Virus record (IMG/VR): IMGVR_UViG_3300027708_000023
DNA length: 64,000 nucleotides
Direction: 5' to 3' (one strand)
Source: a virus
The notes beneath the pieces were generated by a model. That model did no database searches. It saw only the letters and a list, made by a program, of their open reading frames with translations, and was not told the origin of the DNA. A program made the translations under genes and the position numbers. Shown here piece by piece: positions 18,804-29,455 of this stretch. Position 1 is the first letter of the stretch; each line of letters begins with the position of its first letter.

Positions 18804-20108
18804 TTAAATGTCCCTTTCTTCTCCATGAAGAATCTTGAAGGTTGGAAATCGCAGACTAATGCCACCTTTCTCGTTCTCTGTCTCCTCGAAATATTGTACA
18901 GTTATTTGTTTTCCAAGAATTTTCTTAGGATTCTTATAAAACTCCTGTCTTTGTTCGATACTAAAACCAGACCCTACTCTTACAGTATGACCCTTATGTT
19001 GAATCATAACACAACTCAACATAGTCTCCTCACACTCTGCACCATCCTTAACATAACGGAATGGCCCCATTTCTGTATCCAAAACTTCGTATTCGTCATC
19101 AAAGAACGATTTATATTTCAATAGGTCTTTGGATCGCTTGCCTTTATATGGAGCGTCAGATCGAAGCATAAGCCCCTCCCAGCCATTCTGAGTAGATTGT
19201 TCAACAAACTCTTGGAAATGACTTTCATTCTTAATTAGAGATTGCTCCAACAATGTCAAGCATGGACATTCATTCTTTTTCATAACTTCTGTAAGATTCT
19301 TCAGTCTAATACCAAAAGGTCTATTATATTCTCCCTTCTGACTATAAAACTCATCATGAGTAATCATATCAAAAATCTTGTAAGAAGGATTAGGAATAGT
19401 ATGGTCTTTCTTACGAAGTTCCTTCATTACTCCTTGGAAATCCTCGTTACCATCTTCATCAACCAGACAAAGCTCACCATCAAGAACTACATTAGTAAGT
19501 CCCAGAGCTTTAATGCCGTCGCCAACAACACCAAGAGTATCAAAGATTTTTCCCGTGCGGGAATAGAAGGTAGTATTGCCATTAGTATCAACAATACCAA
19601 TACATCTAGCACCGTCGATCTTTCTGCTAACATACCAACCATCCTTCCAGTCTACAATCTTAGGAACATACTTATCTGCTAGAGCAACACTAAATGTTGG
19701 GATATGATCTGGAATAGCCTTATTGATAAGTTTATCTCCAGCACGAGTTTTCAAATCTTTATCAATGACACAGTGAATGAGTTCCTCATACTCTGAATGA
19801 TTATCAATAAATGTGTTTACGGCAGCAATAGCATCATGTCCAGTAATAGCACGACCTTTAAGATCATCCAAAAGATCAAAAAAGTTTTTGTAACAATTTT
19901 TTGCTTTCAAATGATTCTTCTTCTTGAGATTATCACTGGTAACATTGTACTGCCAAAGAGGGTGATAGGTATATAGCAAAATCTTTTTGATAAACTTAGC
20001 TCCATCATCATTGGATGAAGTATAATCTTCAATAATTCCAACCTTATCAAGAGTGCTACTAGTTGCTTTCAGATCACGAACAAAACCATTAAGATGCTCA
20101 AACGACAT
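18804..20108 (-). CDS. lig: ATP-dependent DNA ligase
   Basis: KIDGAR, LDGEL, EGLMLR, LLKYK, VGSGF, SLRFP; likely start MSFEH after a promoter at 20134..20162. Confidence 0.95.
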   Translation of the reverse strand: MSFEHLNGFVRDLKATSSTLDKVGIIEDYTSSNDDGAKFIKKILLYTYHPLWQYNVTSDNLKKKNHLKAKNCYKNFFDLLDDLKGRAITGHDAIAAVNTFIDNHSEYEELIHCVIDKDLKTRAGDKLINKAIPDHIPTFSVALADKYVPKIVDWKDGWYVSRKIDGARCIGIVDTNGNTTFYSRTGKIFDTLGVVGDGIKALGLTNVVLDGELCLVDEDGNEDFQGVMKELRKKDHTIPNPSYKIFDMITHDEFYSQKGEYNRPFGIRLKNLTEVMKKNECPCLTLLEQSLIKNESHFQEFVEQSTQNGWEGLMLRSDAPYKGKRSKDLLKYKSFFDDEYEVLDTEMGPFRYVKDGAECEETMLSCVMIQHKGHTVRVGSGFSIEQRQEFYKNPKKILGKQITVQYFEETENEKGGISLRFPTFKILHGEERDI

Positions 20109-20169
20109 TTCTAATTTCTCCTGTGTTTTCCAAATTCTACCATAGGGTAGTCCTCTTGTCAAGTATCGG

Positions 20170-20511
20170 TTATTTGCGATTTGGCCTTGAAAGAAAATAA
20201 TTCATAGCGTTCACAATACTCTGAAAATCATCCCCAAGTTTACCTATACCAGTATTGCAAGGCTCACAGAGCCAGCCCCTAAAGCTATTATCATCATGAT
20301 CGTGATCTAAAGCCCACTTATAAGGAACTTTTTTACAGCACTCACAAACTTCTGGTTTTGGTGGGGCTTTTTTGTGTAATTTAACTCTGATCTTAGAATG
20401 TTTTTTGACACATTTTCTGCATCTACTATCTAGATTATCTTTATACATACTATGTTTGGGAAAACTGGCTAAGTTTTTACGCTTTTTACAGTATGAACAA
20501 ACTTTACGCAT
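20170..20511 (-). CDS. Recombination endonuclease VII-family HNH protein
   Basis: CECC...LDHDH...RGWLCEPCNTGIGKLGD. Confidence 0.85.
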   Translation of the reverse strand: MRKVCSYCKKRKNLASFPKHSMYKDNLDSRCRKCVKKHSKIRVKLHKKAPPKPEVCECCKKVPYKWALDHDHDDNSFRGWLCEPCNTGIGKLGDDFQSIVNAMNYFLSRPNRK

Positions 20512-21184
20512 ATTTAGTCTTATTTGCATGGGGTATCTCGTTAGTATTAAACTCAATGCCGCACTCAGCAAAAAAACTTTTAAATTTTTCGATAGTGTCT
20601 TTCTCTATATCAAATACCAGCAGATCTTTTGGTCTGTCTTTAAAGTAAGTCTGGACAAAATCTATGTGATCATTCCAGCTTTCTCTCCAATGATATTCTA
20701 TTTGTTCATCATTAGAACATCCAAAAAACTCTTTGTGTAATTCTTTGTATGGAACTCTGGGATGTAATCTGTCTAGTTTATCTTTATTTTTTTTAACAGA
20801 TTCCAATCCCATTAAGTGGGACATTCTACTATTAATCCAACCGTCTACGTCTCTAACATTTAGAATAAATTTACTGTTAGGGTATTGTTCGTCTAAAATT
20901 GGAATGTGGTTTTTGTCATACATAAATATCCAATTAGTAGAACCATCATCTTCTACAAACTGACATTCCATATCAGAGTAAAAACCAAAGTGTTCGTATT
21001 TGCCAGATAAAAGAGGTTTTGACTCTCTCTCGTTCATAGCCATAGAATATCCCAAAAATCCACTATCCCAATGGCAGCATTTGATTCTTGGAACCGAATA
21101 ATCCTGAAACATTATATTGATAGAATTTGTACCACACTTATTAAATCCTATCTGGAATATTTTGTTGAATTTTCTCATAGTCAT
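20504..21184 (-). CDS. Sulfotransferase-family protein
   Basis: KIFQIGFNKCGTNS, YPNSKFILNVRD..W..S, YFKDRPKDLLVFDI. Confidence 0.8.
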   Translation of the reverse strand: MTMRKFNKIFQIGFNKCGTNSINIMFQDYSVPRIKCCHWDSGFLGYSMAMNERESKPLLSGKYEHFGFYSDMECQFVEDDGSTNWIFMYDKNHIPILDEQYPNSKFILNVRDVDGWINSRMSHLMGLESVKKNKDKLDRLHPRVPYKELHKEFFGCSNDEQIEYHWRESWNDHIDFVQTYFKDRPKDLLVFDIEKDTIEKFKSFFAECGIEFNTNEIPHANKTKYA

Positions 21185-22428
21185 TATAAAAGTTCTTTAA
21201 TGAGTTTGCCACTATTAGCGATTTTCATTGGCCTGCCATTTTTAGCAGTAAAATTTGTTTCTAGAGATATTCCTAGTGATTTAAGAACACTTGCCATCAA
21301 ATCCTGTGACGTATATGGTTCAGTAATTACTTCCTTGCCATCGCTATTAGTTTCTCCAACAATTGTGCCACTGGTAAATCCTGCTCCACCAACAACGACA
21401 CTCCAACTTTTAGCCCAATGATCTCGACCTCCATTAGCATTGATATTTGGGGTTCTTCCAAATTCTCCCATACAAATAATAGCAGTGTCTTGTAGTAGAC
21501 CTCTATCATTTAGGTCACTTATTAAGGCACTCATAGCTTTATCCAATTCTGGTAGTTTCTGATCTTGTAGAGTCTTAAAAATATCAGTATGATTATCCCA
21601 GCCACCAAGATCAACTTCAATAAATGGAATACCCTTCTCTACTAATCTTCGTGCCATCAAACAACCACGACCAAATCCAGTATTGCCATATCTTTCTTGA
21701 ACTTCTTTTGGTTCTTTAGATACTTTGAATACATCCATCTGAGAACTGGTCATTAGTTTAACTGTTTTAGTCAAAAGTTTAGAGTGGTCAGAAGCATAGT
21801 CTCCGCGTTTTTCATTGACAAATTTATCTTCAATAGTTTTAAGCATACGAAGTCTTTGATCTAATCTAGATTGATCTATATCCATAGTAAGATCACGAAC
21901 AGTTCCATTAGAATTAACTACAAATGGAGAATAAGATGTTCCTAAAAATCCAGCACCAATACTGGCTCCTCCAATACTAACAAACGGAGGAATATCAATC
22001 TGTGGTATGCTAGACATTAATTCATGAGAGATTACTGAACCATAACTAGGATGTTCAATATTAGGATTGGGAACATATCCTGTGTGCATATAGTAGCGAC
22101 CCCTAGTATGATCTGCTTCTCTTGTACTCATTGAGCGAACAATATTCATGTGGTGCATTTGTTGTGCCATTAACGGCAGATGTTCACATATTTGAATTCC
22201 ATCAGCACTAGTAGATATTGGCTTAAAAATTCCACCAGTAGCAGCACCCGGCTTTAAATCCCACAAATCAATAGTGCTTGGGCCTCCACTCATCCATAAA
22301 AGAATAGCACTCTTATTTCTTTTCTTTAAGTCATTAGCATTAGCTAAAATAGACTGTGTAAAAAAAGACGAAGATGCTGCTATTGATGATGCGGCAGCAC
22401 AATGATTGATAAAATGGCGACGATTCAT
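21184..22428 (-). CDS. DUF1501 domain protein with Tat signal (planctomycete-type)
   Basis: MNRRHF twin-Arg leader; LWMSGGPSTIDLWDLKP, GCLMARRLVE.G, GWDNH, GEFGRTP..N..GRDHW. Confidence 0.9.
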   Translation of the reverse strand: MNRRHFINHCAAASSIAASSSFFTQSILANANDLKKRNKSAILLWMSGGPSTIDLWDLKPGAATGGIFKPISTSADGIQICEHLPLMAQQMHHMNIVRSMSTREADHTRGRYYMHTGYVPNPNIEHPSYGSVISHELMSSIPQIDIPPFVSIGGASIGAGFLGTSYSPFVVNSNGTVRDLTMDIDQSRLDQRLRMLKTIEDKFVNEKRGDYASDHSKLLTKTVKLMTSSQMDVFKVSKEPKEVQERYGNTGFGRGCLMARRLVEKGIPFIEVDLGGWDNHTDIFKTLQDQKLPELDKAMSALISDLNDRGLLQDTAIICMGEFGRTPNINANGGRDHWAKSWSVVVGGAGFTSGTIVGETNSDGKEVITEPYTSQDLMASVLKSLGISLETNFTAKNGRPMKIANSGKLIKELL

Positions 22429-22449
22429 AATCTATCCTTTTAAAGTCAG

Positions 22450-22802
22450 TGGACTAGAGGGGAGTCGAACCCCTGTCCAGAATAAACATCAATATAAACT
22501 TCTACATCGTTAGTTGATTGTTATCACACTACCAACAAAGCTATCAGAGTTATCTGCGTCAGATTGAGTACAATCATCATTCCTATTTATGTCTGGTAGG
22601 ACTACCATATCCGAATATCGGAGTCAGCATGATTTGGTAATAAGGCTCATGCCGCCCCACCCATTACCTAATTAATTAGGCAGCGAGAGCGAGAGTTGAA
22701 ACTTCGCCAATTAACAATTTTAATCGACTTTTAAACTGGCCGGTCGATTAACCAGTCGATGCAATCTATACCTATTTTACCTGTCGATACCTTTACTAGC
22801 CC
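22450..22802 (-). ncRNA. ssrA: tmRNA; predicted tag (A)GEVSTLALAA*
   Basis: 5' GGGCTAG pairs with 3' CTAGTCC-A (G3.U70); T-arm AGGGG-TTCGACT-CCCCT; internal frame GGC GAA GTT TCA ACT CTC GCT CTC GCT GCC TAA. Confidence 0.93.
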
Positions 22803-23005
22803 TATTTAGTATACCCCCAAACTTTTGGTTTGATAATAATTTCTGGTTGTCTTTCTATAATAATCCTGGCTGGCTTGTTGTCCAGCCTCTTGAGTCTTTG
22901 AATATCTGAATAAAGGAGGAAATTAAATCCCAAGGATGTTAGAAATAATCCTGCAAAAATTGCCGTCAGTGGTTGAAGTTTCATCAGAATCCTTCCTGTT
23001 TAAAG

Positions 23006-23081
23006 TAGGGCGTGTCTGAGTCGAACAGACCTATGAACACCTTATAAGAGTGTCGGATGCAACCGGCTTACCTTACGCCCC
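23006..23081 (-). tRNA. trnI: tRNA-Ile(UAU)
   Basis: Anticodon arm ACACT-CTTATAA-GGTGT; T-arm GTCTG-TTCGACT-CAGAC; A73. Confidence 0.8.
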
Positions 23082-23283
23082 GTGTTGAGTTATTGTATCC
23101 TATCGACCAACTACTGTCAAGACTTTTAGGAATTTTGTTGTGATTCTAGTTGAATTAGTCTTTCATTAATTTTATCTAGAGCTAGTGCTGCGTCCCCACA
23201 AGCTTTACACAAATCAGAATATAAATATTCTTTCAAATCACTTATTTGATCTTTTAGTTCTGATATTTCTGATTTTGACATAA

Positions 23284-23637
23284 TTACTTTGCAATATTAA
23301 AGATTTCATTTGATTCTGGATGCCAAAAAAACATCTCGTTAGATTCATCGTCCCAAGCACATTCTATCTTTCCAGAGGATGCTACTAGGCTCAAGCTTGA
23401 GTTATAAATCCATTTTTTGATTGCATCACAAAGAAGATTATAGTTCTCATCACTAATAATAAATTCGTCATTATATCCTGGCTCAATATATTCTCTAACC
23501 AAATTTTCTGTTTGAGACAAAGAAATCAAATTATCTATTTGATAATAGTATTCTCTAGGAAAAACCCACACCACGTTTTTTCTAATGCTTTTAGTAAAAA
23601 GTTTTAGATTCTTAATCTTGATATAATTACTCATCAT
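23284..23637 (-). CDS. Hypothetical protein (ECAWDDESNEM family)
   Basis: Tandem paralog of the adjacent gene. Confidence 0.65.
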   Translation of the reverse strand: MMSNYIKIKNLKLFTKSIRKNVVWVFPREYYYQIDNLISLSQTENLVREYIEPGYNDEFIISDENYNLLCDAIKKWIYNSSLSLVASSGKIECAWDDESNEMFFWHPESNEIFNIAK

Positions 23638-23998
23638 TGTCCTTTGAGGGTTTGGCAGAAATTTCTGTCTTATCTTTATTAGCCAACCAGAATACCATTT
23701 CATTAGATTCGTCATCCCATGCACACTCTATAAAACCTTTTGCCGCCAGCTTGGAAAGACCAACCTCATAAAGTTGATTTCTAATTCCCTCAAATATCTC
23801 ATTAAAGATATCTTCGTTTATGATATAGTTTCCTTCCTCATCCAGCCCAAGATTATTCTTTTTGACCATATTGATCACTTGGGGAATGGTAATGAATTCA
23901 TCCAAATTCTCTGTATAATTTTCTTCAAAAGAAGATGCTGCTCCATCCCTCATGGCTTTTGCATAACCTTCCAAATCCATAACACTATAGCTTTCCAT
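23627..23998 (-). CDS. Hypothetical protein (ECAWDDESNEM family)
   Basis: Tandem paralog; C-terminal IECAWDDESNEM.FW. Confidence 0.65.
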   Translation of the reverse strand: MESYSVMDLEGYAKAMRDGAASSFEENYTENLDEFITIPQVINMVKKNNLGLDEEGNYIINEDIFNEIFEGIRNQLYEVGLSKLAAKGFIECAWDDESNEMVFWLANKDKTEISAKPSKDNDE

Positions 23999-24292
23999 TA
24001 TTAGTTCCCAATTAGAGATATTTTGTAGTACCCTTGCCGCTATCATTAGTTTTACACCGCTCCAACAGATTGTCAATAGTGTTCTGCAAACTATACTCGC
24101 CTCTATTTAGCCACTTTTTATCCTCATAGAGAGCAGTGGTAATTTGAGGCAGATAAAACTGGATCGCTCTTTCGAATTCTTCTGGAAAATAAGTTTTCAG
24201 AATACGCTCAATATGATAGAGACTATCTACTATTTTATCTCTATTATTAAGCAGATTATTGATTTGGTCTTTTTGTTCTTGATTAAGAGACA

Positions 24293-24697
24293 TTACGCCT
24301 CCACTCTTGGCTTGAGTTTCATAAGCTTATGTTTAATCTTCCAAATATTGGTTTCTTTGTTGTGGATATCTGGCCCCATATAGATATGACAGAATCCTGC
24401 GTGTTTGTCGATACCCCATGCCTTAATTCCCTCATGGTCAATACCCTCTACAACAAAACGTCCTCTATAACCCATTGGGACAAACTCTCCTTTGGATACA
24501 AAGTATGGGCCTCCACCAACCCTAATACGATCTCCCTTAACCAATTCTTTCCAATTAAAATCTCTAATAATCTTAGTGTTCTTTGCTTCTTTGCTCTTTG
24601 CCTTAAAGACGAACGGAGCATTGCACTTCGGACACATATAAGCTCGCGGGCCTGTGGTAGCTCCACATTTATCACAAGTTTTTTGACCCTTACCCAT
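24293..24697 (-). CDS. Zn-ribbon-containing basic hypothetical protein
   Basis: CDKC...CPKC; own promoter at ~24733..24759. Confidence 0.6.
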   Translation of the reverse strand: MGKGQKTCDKCGATTGPRAYMCPKCNAPFVFKAKSKEAKNTKIIRDFNWKELVKGDRIRVGGGPYFVSKGEFVPMGYRGRFVVEGIDHEGIKAWGIDKHAGFCHIYMGPDIHNKETNIWKIKHKLMKLKPRVEA

Positions 24698-24797
24698 TTT
24701 TTTCTCCTGTGTTTGTTGACGTTACACCCTAAGTATAACTCAGTTATCGGCAGTGTCAAGAGGGATTCTTTAGTGGTTCTGAGATTTTTTCAAAAAC

Positions 24798-25484
24798 CTA
24801 CAGAATATCCACATAATTTATTTTAATGTGACCATCTTTAATTGATATATATGAACAAGGATGATCTGTCCAACATCCGCTATTATAGTAGTTTGTTGAT
24901 CCAGAAACATCTGTAGTAGCCAGATGAGTATGTCCACAAATTATTGAGTCGCATTTCTTAATAAGACAATAAGATTTAGCCCTATCACAAACTTCTTGAG
25001 AACATCTTAAAAAGGTTTTACTACTACGTTTAGCAAGATTGGAGAAGTATAGTCCAGCATAAATCTGTAGCCATCGGTAAACATAGTCAGCTACTTTAGT
25101 TAGTCTAGGATATCTGGAGATAACATTGTCAAAAATATCCCCATGCAAAATTAGTATTTTTTCATCTCCACTAATAAAACTATATTCATTCATAAAATCG
25201 ACCCCAATCAAATGACTCACCATATCAGCAGGCCCATCATGATTGCCACTAATCCAGATAACTTTAATAGTGTCAGAGATTTTACGGATTTGAGATAATA
25301 TTTTCCAGTGGTCTTTTTTAAGTTTACGAAAATCCCAGCTATCAAATAAATCACCATTAATAATTAGAGTGTCAGTATCAGTCTCTCCAAGTTCAATCCT
25401 AGATAAGAAAGATGCCAAAGTTTTAGCTTGACAAACATTACTCCCTAAATGAATATCGCTAATAACTATAGCATCAAAAGTCAT
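24798..25484 (-). CDS. LpxH-like metallophosphoesterase (UDP-2,3-diacylglucosamine hydrolase family)
   Basis: ISDIHLG, NGDLFD, GNHD, LHGDIFD, CGHTH, NSGCW. Confidence 0.8.
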   Translation of the reverse strand: MTFDAIVISDIHLGSNVCQAKTLASFLSRIELGETDTDTLIINGDLFDSWDFRKLKKDHWKILSQIRKISDTIKVIWISGNHDGPADMVSHLIGVDFMNEYSFISGDEKILILHGDIFDNVISRYPRLTKVADYVYRWLQIYAGLYFSNLAKRSSKTFLRCSQEVCDRAKSYCLIKKCDSIICGHTHLATTDVSGSTNYYNSGCWTDHPCSYISIKDGHIKINYVDIL

Positions 25485-25888
25485 ATCACATAGCCCTGTT
25501 TAGTTGCTTCATTATCACAAAGAGTTCTAACCCACGCATGAATAGGATACCCATTTTCATCAAGTTTTTTATATCGAACCTTTCCTTTTTCTCCGGTAAC
25601 TTCACAAGTTATATAGCTCATGCTTTCAGCCATCTCTATTGCTCCGCGAATAAACTCATCTGCACCATAACAGTAAGCTCTTAAACCTCCAAATTTTTCT
25701 TTAATTTGACTCCAATAAAAGAATTCTAGTGGCTCGTTAAGTCTTCGTTTATAGTCAATACGATTATTTACAATATAACAAAGCCTAGACAGAATCTCGT
25801 ACCAACCGTCATCACACTCTAAATATTTGAGATTTTTAAACTGTTCTGAGTATTGTTCAATTAGTTTATTGGATAGTTCAGGACTCAT
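25481..25888 (-). CDS. Conserved phage hypothetical protein
   Basis: GWY...QIKEKFGGLR.Y...CEVTG...LC pattern. Confidence 0.65.
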   Translation of the reverse strand: MSPELSNKLIEQYSEQFKNLKYLECDDGWYEILSRLCYIVNNRIDYKRRLNEPLEFFYWSQIKEKFGGLRAYCYGADEFIRGAIEMAESMSYITCEVTGEKGKVRYKKLDENGYPIHAWVRTLCDNEATKQGYVI

Positions 25889-26890
25889 TGTAGTTTACCT
25901 TGTGTATAATTCGTGTTCCAAGATGAGCATTGCTAAGTTCTGCACCGTCTTTCATGGACTCGTTGCAAATTCTTTCAAATTCTTTGCGGCCAATCTTTCG
26001 ACCGTCAATAATATTTTCGTCCAGATACTTTTGGGTTAGAGCTTCTGGATGGTCAATAAGTACGGTATCATAAGCGTGTTCAAGATTTTTGGCCTCAATA
26101 ACATACTTATGACGAAACAAAGAAACTGTACTAACTTCAAAAAGTGGCATAATAATCTCCTTAGTCTATGTTGATATTATATTCAGTAACTAATCTGTGA
26201 AATTCTGATCTAATCTTATCAAGAGCATCACCAGCATCGGTAAAATCATTGCTATATTTCTGCCAAGATCGTAATTGTTGAGAAAAATCCCACAACATTC
26301 TTTTAGCATCACTAGCTTGGATAGCAGTATCAAATTCGTATTGTTCTTCTGGTAGTTTAAATTTTAAAGTTGCTATTGGCATATATCACCACATCTTTTT
26401 AGTTCTGTTAGCATCTGTTTTCTTATCCGAATCTAGAATAATAGTTAAAACATCATTTCTAAAAGTTGTCATATAGCTTTGAGAAATTTTTCTCTTCAGC
26501 AAACCATCTTCTTCGATTTGAGTATAAACATTAATTCGATAGTAGTCATGGAATACATTAATAACTTTTGTCATCAAATGATTCTTTGGCTTACTAACTT
26601 GTTTAAAAAGCAAACCTTCAATTTCATAATCACTAATCATCTAGCTCTCCTATTTGCTCTGTCTAAAATCCTAATAGTTTCTTTTGCATTGCTGGGAACC
26701 ATAACCAGACTTGGTGCGGTCTTATGTCCCCAATCCATAAACCCCACAGCTTTTTTTTCTGCTGAACATTCCTTACAAAGTATATTTCTATTTGTTTCAA
26801 CAAGAAATTCGTATCTCTCAACACCAACGCAATTTTTGCAATAAATACAGTTCATCGTGTCTCCAAAGAATAGGCTGGCAACGCTCTCTT

Positions 26891-27346
26891 TTATACCATG
26901 CTTATCGGCATTGTCAAGCGTTCAATCTTAATGGTTTTGGTGGGACAAACAAAGTTTCCATTATCGTCGCTATAATAAACTTCATTAAGTCCAACAGCAC
27001 TTAATAATTTGGAACAATTAACACAAGGCTTGCTTCCAAGAATTAATCCCTGTCTGTTAATTCGTAAGACACATATGCTCCAATTAGGATCAATGGAATT
27101 ATAGCGATCAAGTAATTTAGAAATAAGATGAGATTCACTATGAACATAAGGATACTCCAAGTATTTGGGAATATTAAATCTTTTGCCTATTCTGAAAGCT
27201 TTTGTACTCATCTTAATAGGATTATTCTGAGCAAACTCAATCATTCTTGTTCCATCAAAAGCTGAACAGTAATGATAGCAACGAACTAAGGAATTGGGAT
27301 TCCAGTTTTCGTATGCTTTCTTGATGGTTTTATGAATTATCTTCAC
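26891..27346 (-). CDS. Cytidine/dCMP deaminase-fold protein
   Basis: HSE...SKPCVNC zinc-binding motif. Confidence 0.75.
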   Translation of the reverse strand: MKIIHKTIKKAYENWNPNSLVRCYHYCSAFDGTRMIEFAQNNPIKMSTKAFRIGKRFNIPKYLEYPYVHSESHLISKLLDRYNSIDPNWSICVLRINRQGLILGSKPCVNCSKLLSAVGLNEVYYSDDNGNFVCPTKTIKIERLTMPISMV

Positions 27347-27841
27347 GATTAATTTTATCCAATGTTTTATTTATCTCATCCAAATCAGATTCAACATACA
27401 TATCATCATTATCTTGACCAGAAATATTCCATTCGGGCTTGTCTGATGGTAGTAGTCTATATCTAGGTGGTTCTTTGGGTGTTGGTGTTTCTGGACTAAG
27501 TTTAATTCTTTGTGGTTCTTTCATAAAAGTCTCCTACTTAGAAGCTAACATATACAATCCAACATTAGCTGCCGCATAACCAAGATACGCAATAAACATA
27601 CCATAGTTATTATGTAGATAACCTTGTTCTATGGCTATATAAAGATATATTATGCCTGTAATGAGAATAAGGTTAGCTGACATTTTAGTTCTTTTCTATG
27701 GGAATATAGCGACTACCATCTGGAGCAATTTGTTCCTGACCAATAGTAATCTTCTTATCTTCCTTTAGCAAGTTAATGATTGCTTGAGTATTAACATTAG
27801 GACTAATTAAAATTGCACCAATCTGAGCCATAATTATTTCC

Positions 27842-28753
27842 TTATTTAGATAGTGTAGTTAAATTTTCATTATATTCTGCAATAGCGAGGTCTTTGCCTT
27901 TGACCTCAAAATCAATATCAAATTCTAGACCATAAGTATCAAAGGGTTGAGTAGGAACATCGCAATGCGCCCGTGGATTATTACCGGGGCGACTCTCACT
28001 ATAATGAAATAATGGAGTGGTTTGCCAAGTATCCCAACACATATTAATTGCTTCACGTTCTGTAAGACCATTTGGATGACATTTATGATGCAGATAATCG
28101 AAGCATATTGGAATACGAGTTATCGGATGGAAAATATCTACTAGTTCTTTTACACTCCAGCAGTTAAGTTTGTCATCGTTTTCGATTGTGATGCGGGCTT
28201 GACAATTATTGTCCAGTTTCTTGAAGTTGTTGTAGAATCTATGAGCAATTTCTTCTCTGGTTCCATTATTATTATGAACATGAAAATTCATTGGCGATCT
28301 ACGATCTGCTGGAAGTCCAATTCTGTCAAAGAAACTGCTGTAGAAGTTAAGTTCTGTAATGGTTTTTTCGACAACTTTTTCACTGAGGCTTGATAAACTA
28401 TTAAATTCACTAGGATGAGCAGAAACCCGTACATTAGTAGAGGTAATAGTTTCCGAAAGATTATCAAACTCGTCTTGTATTTCGTCATAGTTAGGCAAAT
28501 CCCCAAGATCCACATTAGCCTCATCATAAGTAATAAGAGGAAAAATGTCGCTACTAACACGATAAACATAATTATTTTCTGCACAAAATTGGATAGTCTT
28601 GTTAGTCACCATCAGATTATTTTGGATTCGTGATCCAAGAATTTCTAGTGCCTCTTCTCGCGGCAAAGAATTGAAACGCTTAAAAGTCATGGTCTGATGA
28701 CCGAAACCTTGTTCTTTAAGTTTGAGCGAAATGCAACACAGTCCGATACGCAT
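27842..28753 (-). CDS. uvsE: UV-damage endonuclease
   Basis: RIGLCC, YRVSSDIFP, SAHP, IENDD, FDYLHH, HYSE, RAH.D, EVKGKD. Confidence 0.92.
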   Translation of the reverse strand: MRIGLCCISLKLKEQGFGHQTMTFKRFNSLPREEALEILGSRIQNNLMVTNKTIQFCAENNYVYRVSSDIFPLITYDEANVDLGDLPNYDEIQDEFDNLSETITSTNVRVSAHPSEFNSLSSLSEKVVEKTITELNFYSSFFDRIGLPADRRSPMNFHVHNNNGTREEIAHRFYNNFKKLDNNCQARITIENDDKLNCWSVKELVDIFHPITRIPICFDYLHHKCHPNGLTEREAINMCWDTWQTTPLFHYSESRPGNNPRAHCDVPTQPFDTYGLEFDIDFEVKGKDLAIAEYNENLTTLSK

Positions 28754-28813
28754 AAATTCTCCTTTGATTCGATTATACTCTAGTATCGGCAGTTGTCAAC
28801 TGCTTCTTGAGAA

Positions 28814-29455
28814 TTATTTGTATTCAGCCAGCAATGCTTGTCGAATAGGATCAGTTAAATTATACTTGTCTAAATAAAAAGACAGATCATTATTAAAGGT
28901 ATTAGGCATATGCTCTAATAGTTCTTGTGAATATATTGGGGTTTTGGGTCTCATTCTTAATTCTCTATTAATATGATAGCTCCACAAATAAGCATTAGCA
29001 GCACGAATGTATTTATCTGTATCAAAATCTTCAATAGGACAATTCTTAACTAATTTAAGAACTCTTCTTTCGCAATCGTGTTCTATCTCTAAAATATCAT
29101 GTAAGCTTTGATCTAATTGTTCTGGAGTAATCTTGCAGTCTTTGAGAAATGGACTATAAACTAATGAAGGATAACTAATCCAATCAAAAAGAATATCATA
29201 TGTTAACATACTTCTATTCCATAGTTTACGATCATCTCTCCATTGTAAGAAATGACAATATTCATGAAGAATAATCTCAAAACTCATGTGGTGTTTCATG
29301 GCAATAGCAAATTCTTTACCATCTTCATCAATAGAACACCATCCCCCACAAGCATCTGGCAATTGTTCTTTATCATATAACAGCACAGAGAATTCATAAT
29401 CTAGTAATTCTCTAACTATCTTGATTGTAAGATTAGATTTGGTTTCCATATTCAA
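28814..29455 (-). CDS. Putative HExxH zinc metallopeptidase
   Basis: ILHEYCHFLQ plus downstream EHDCE. Confidence 0.55.
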   Translation of the reverse strand: MNMETKSNLTIKIVRELLDYEFSVLLYDKEQLPDACGGWCSIDEDGKEFAIAMKHHMSFEIILHEYCHFLQWRDDRKLWNRSMLTYDILFDWISYPSLVYSPFLKDCKITPEQLDQSLHDILEIEHDCERRVLKLVKNCPIEDFDTDKYIRAANAYLWSYHINRELRMRPKTPIYSQELLEHMPNTFNNDLSFYLDKYNLTDPIRQALLAEYK

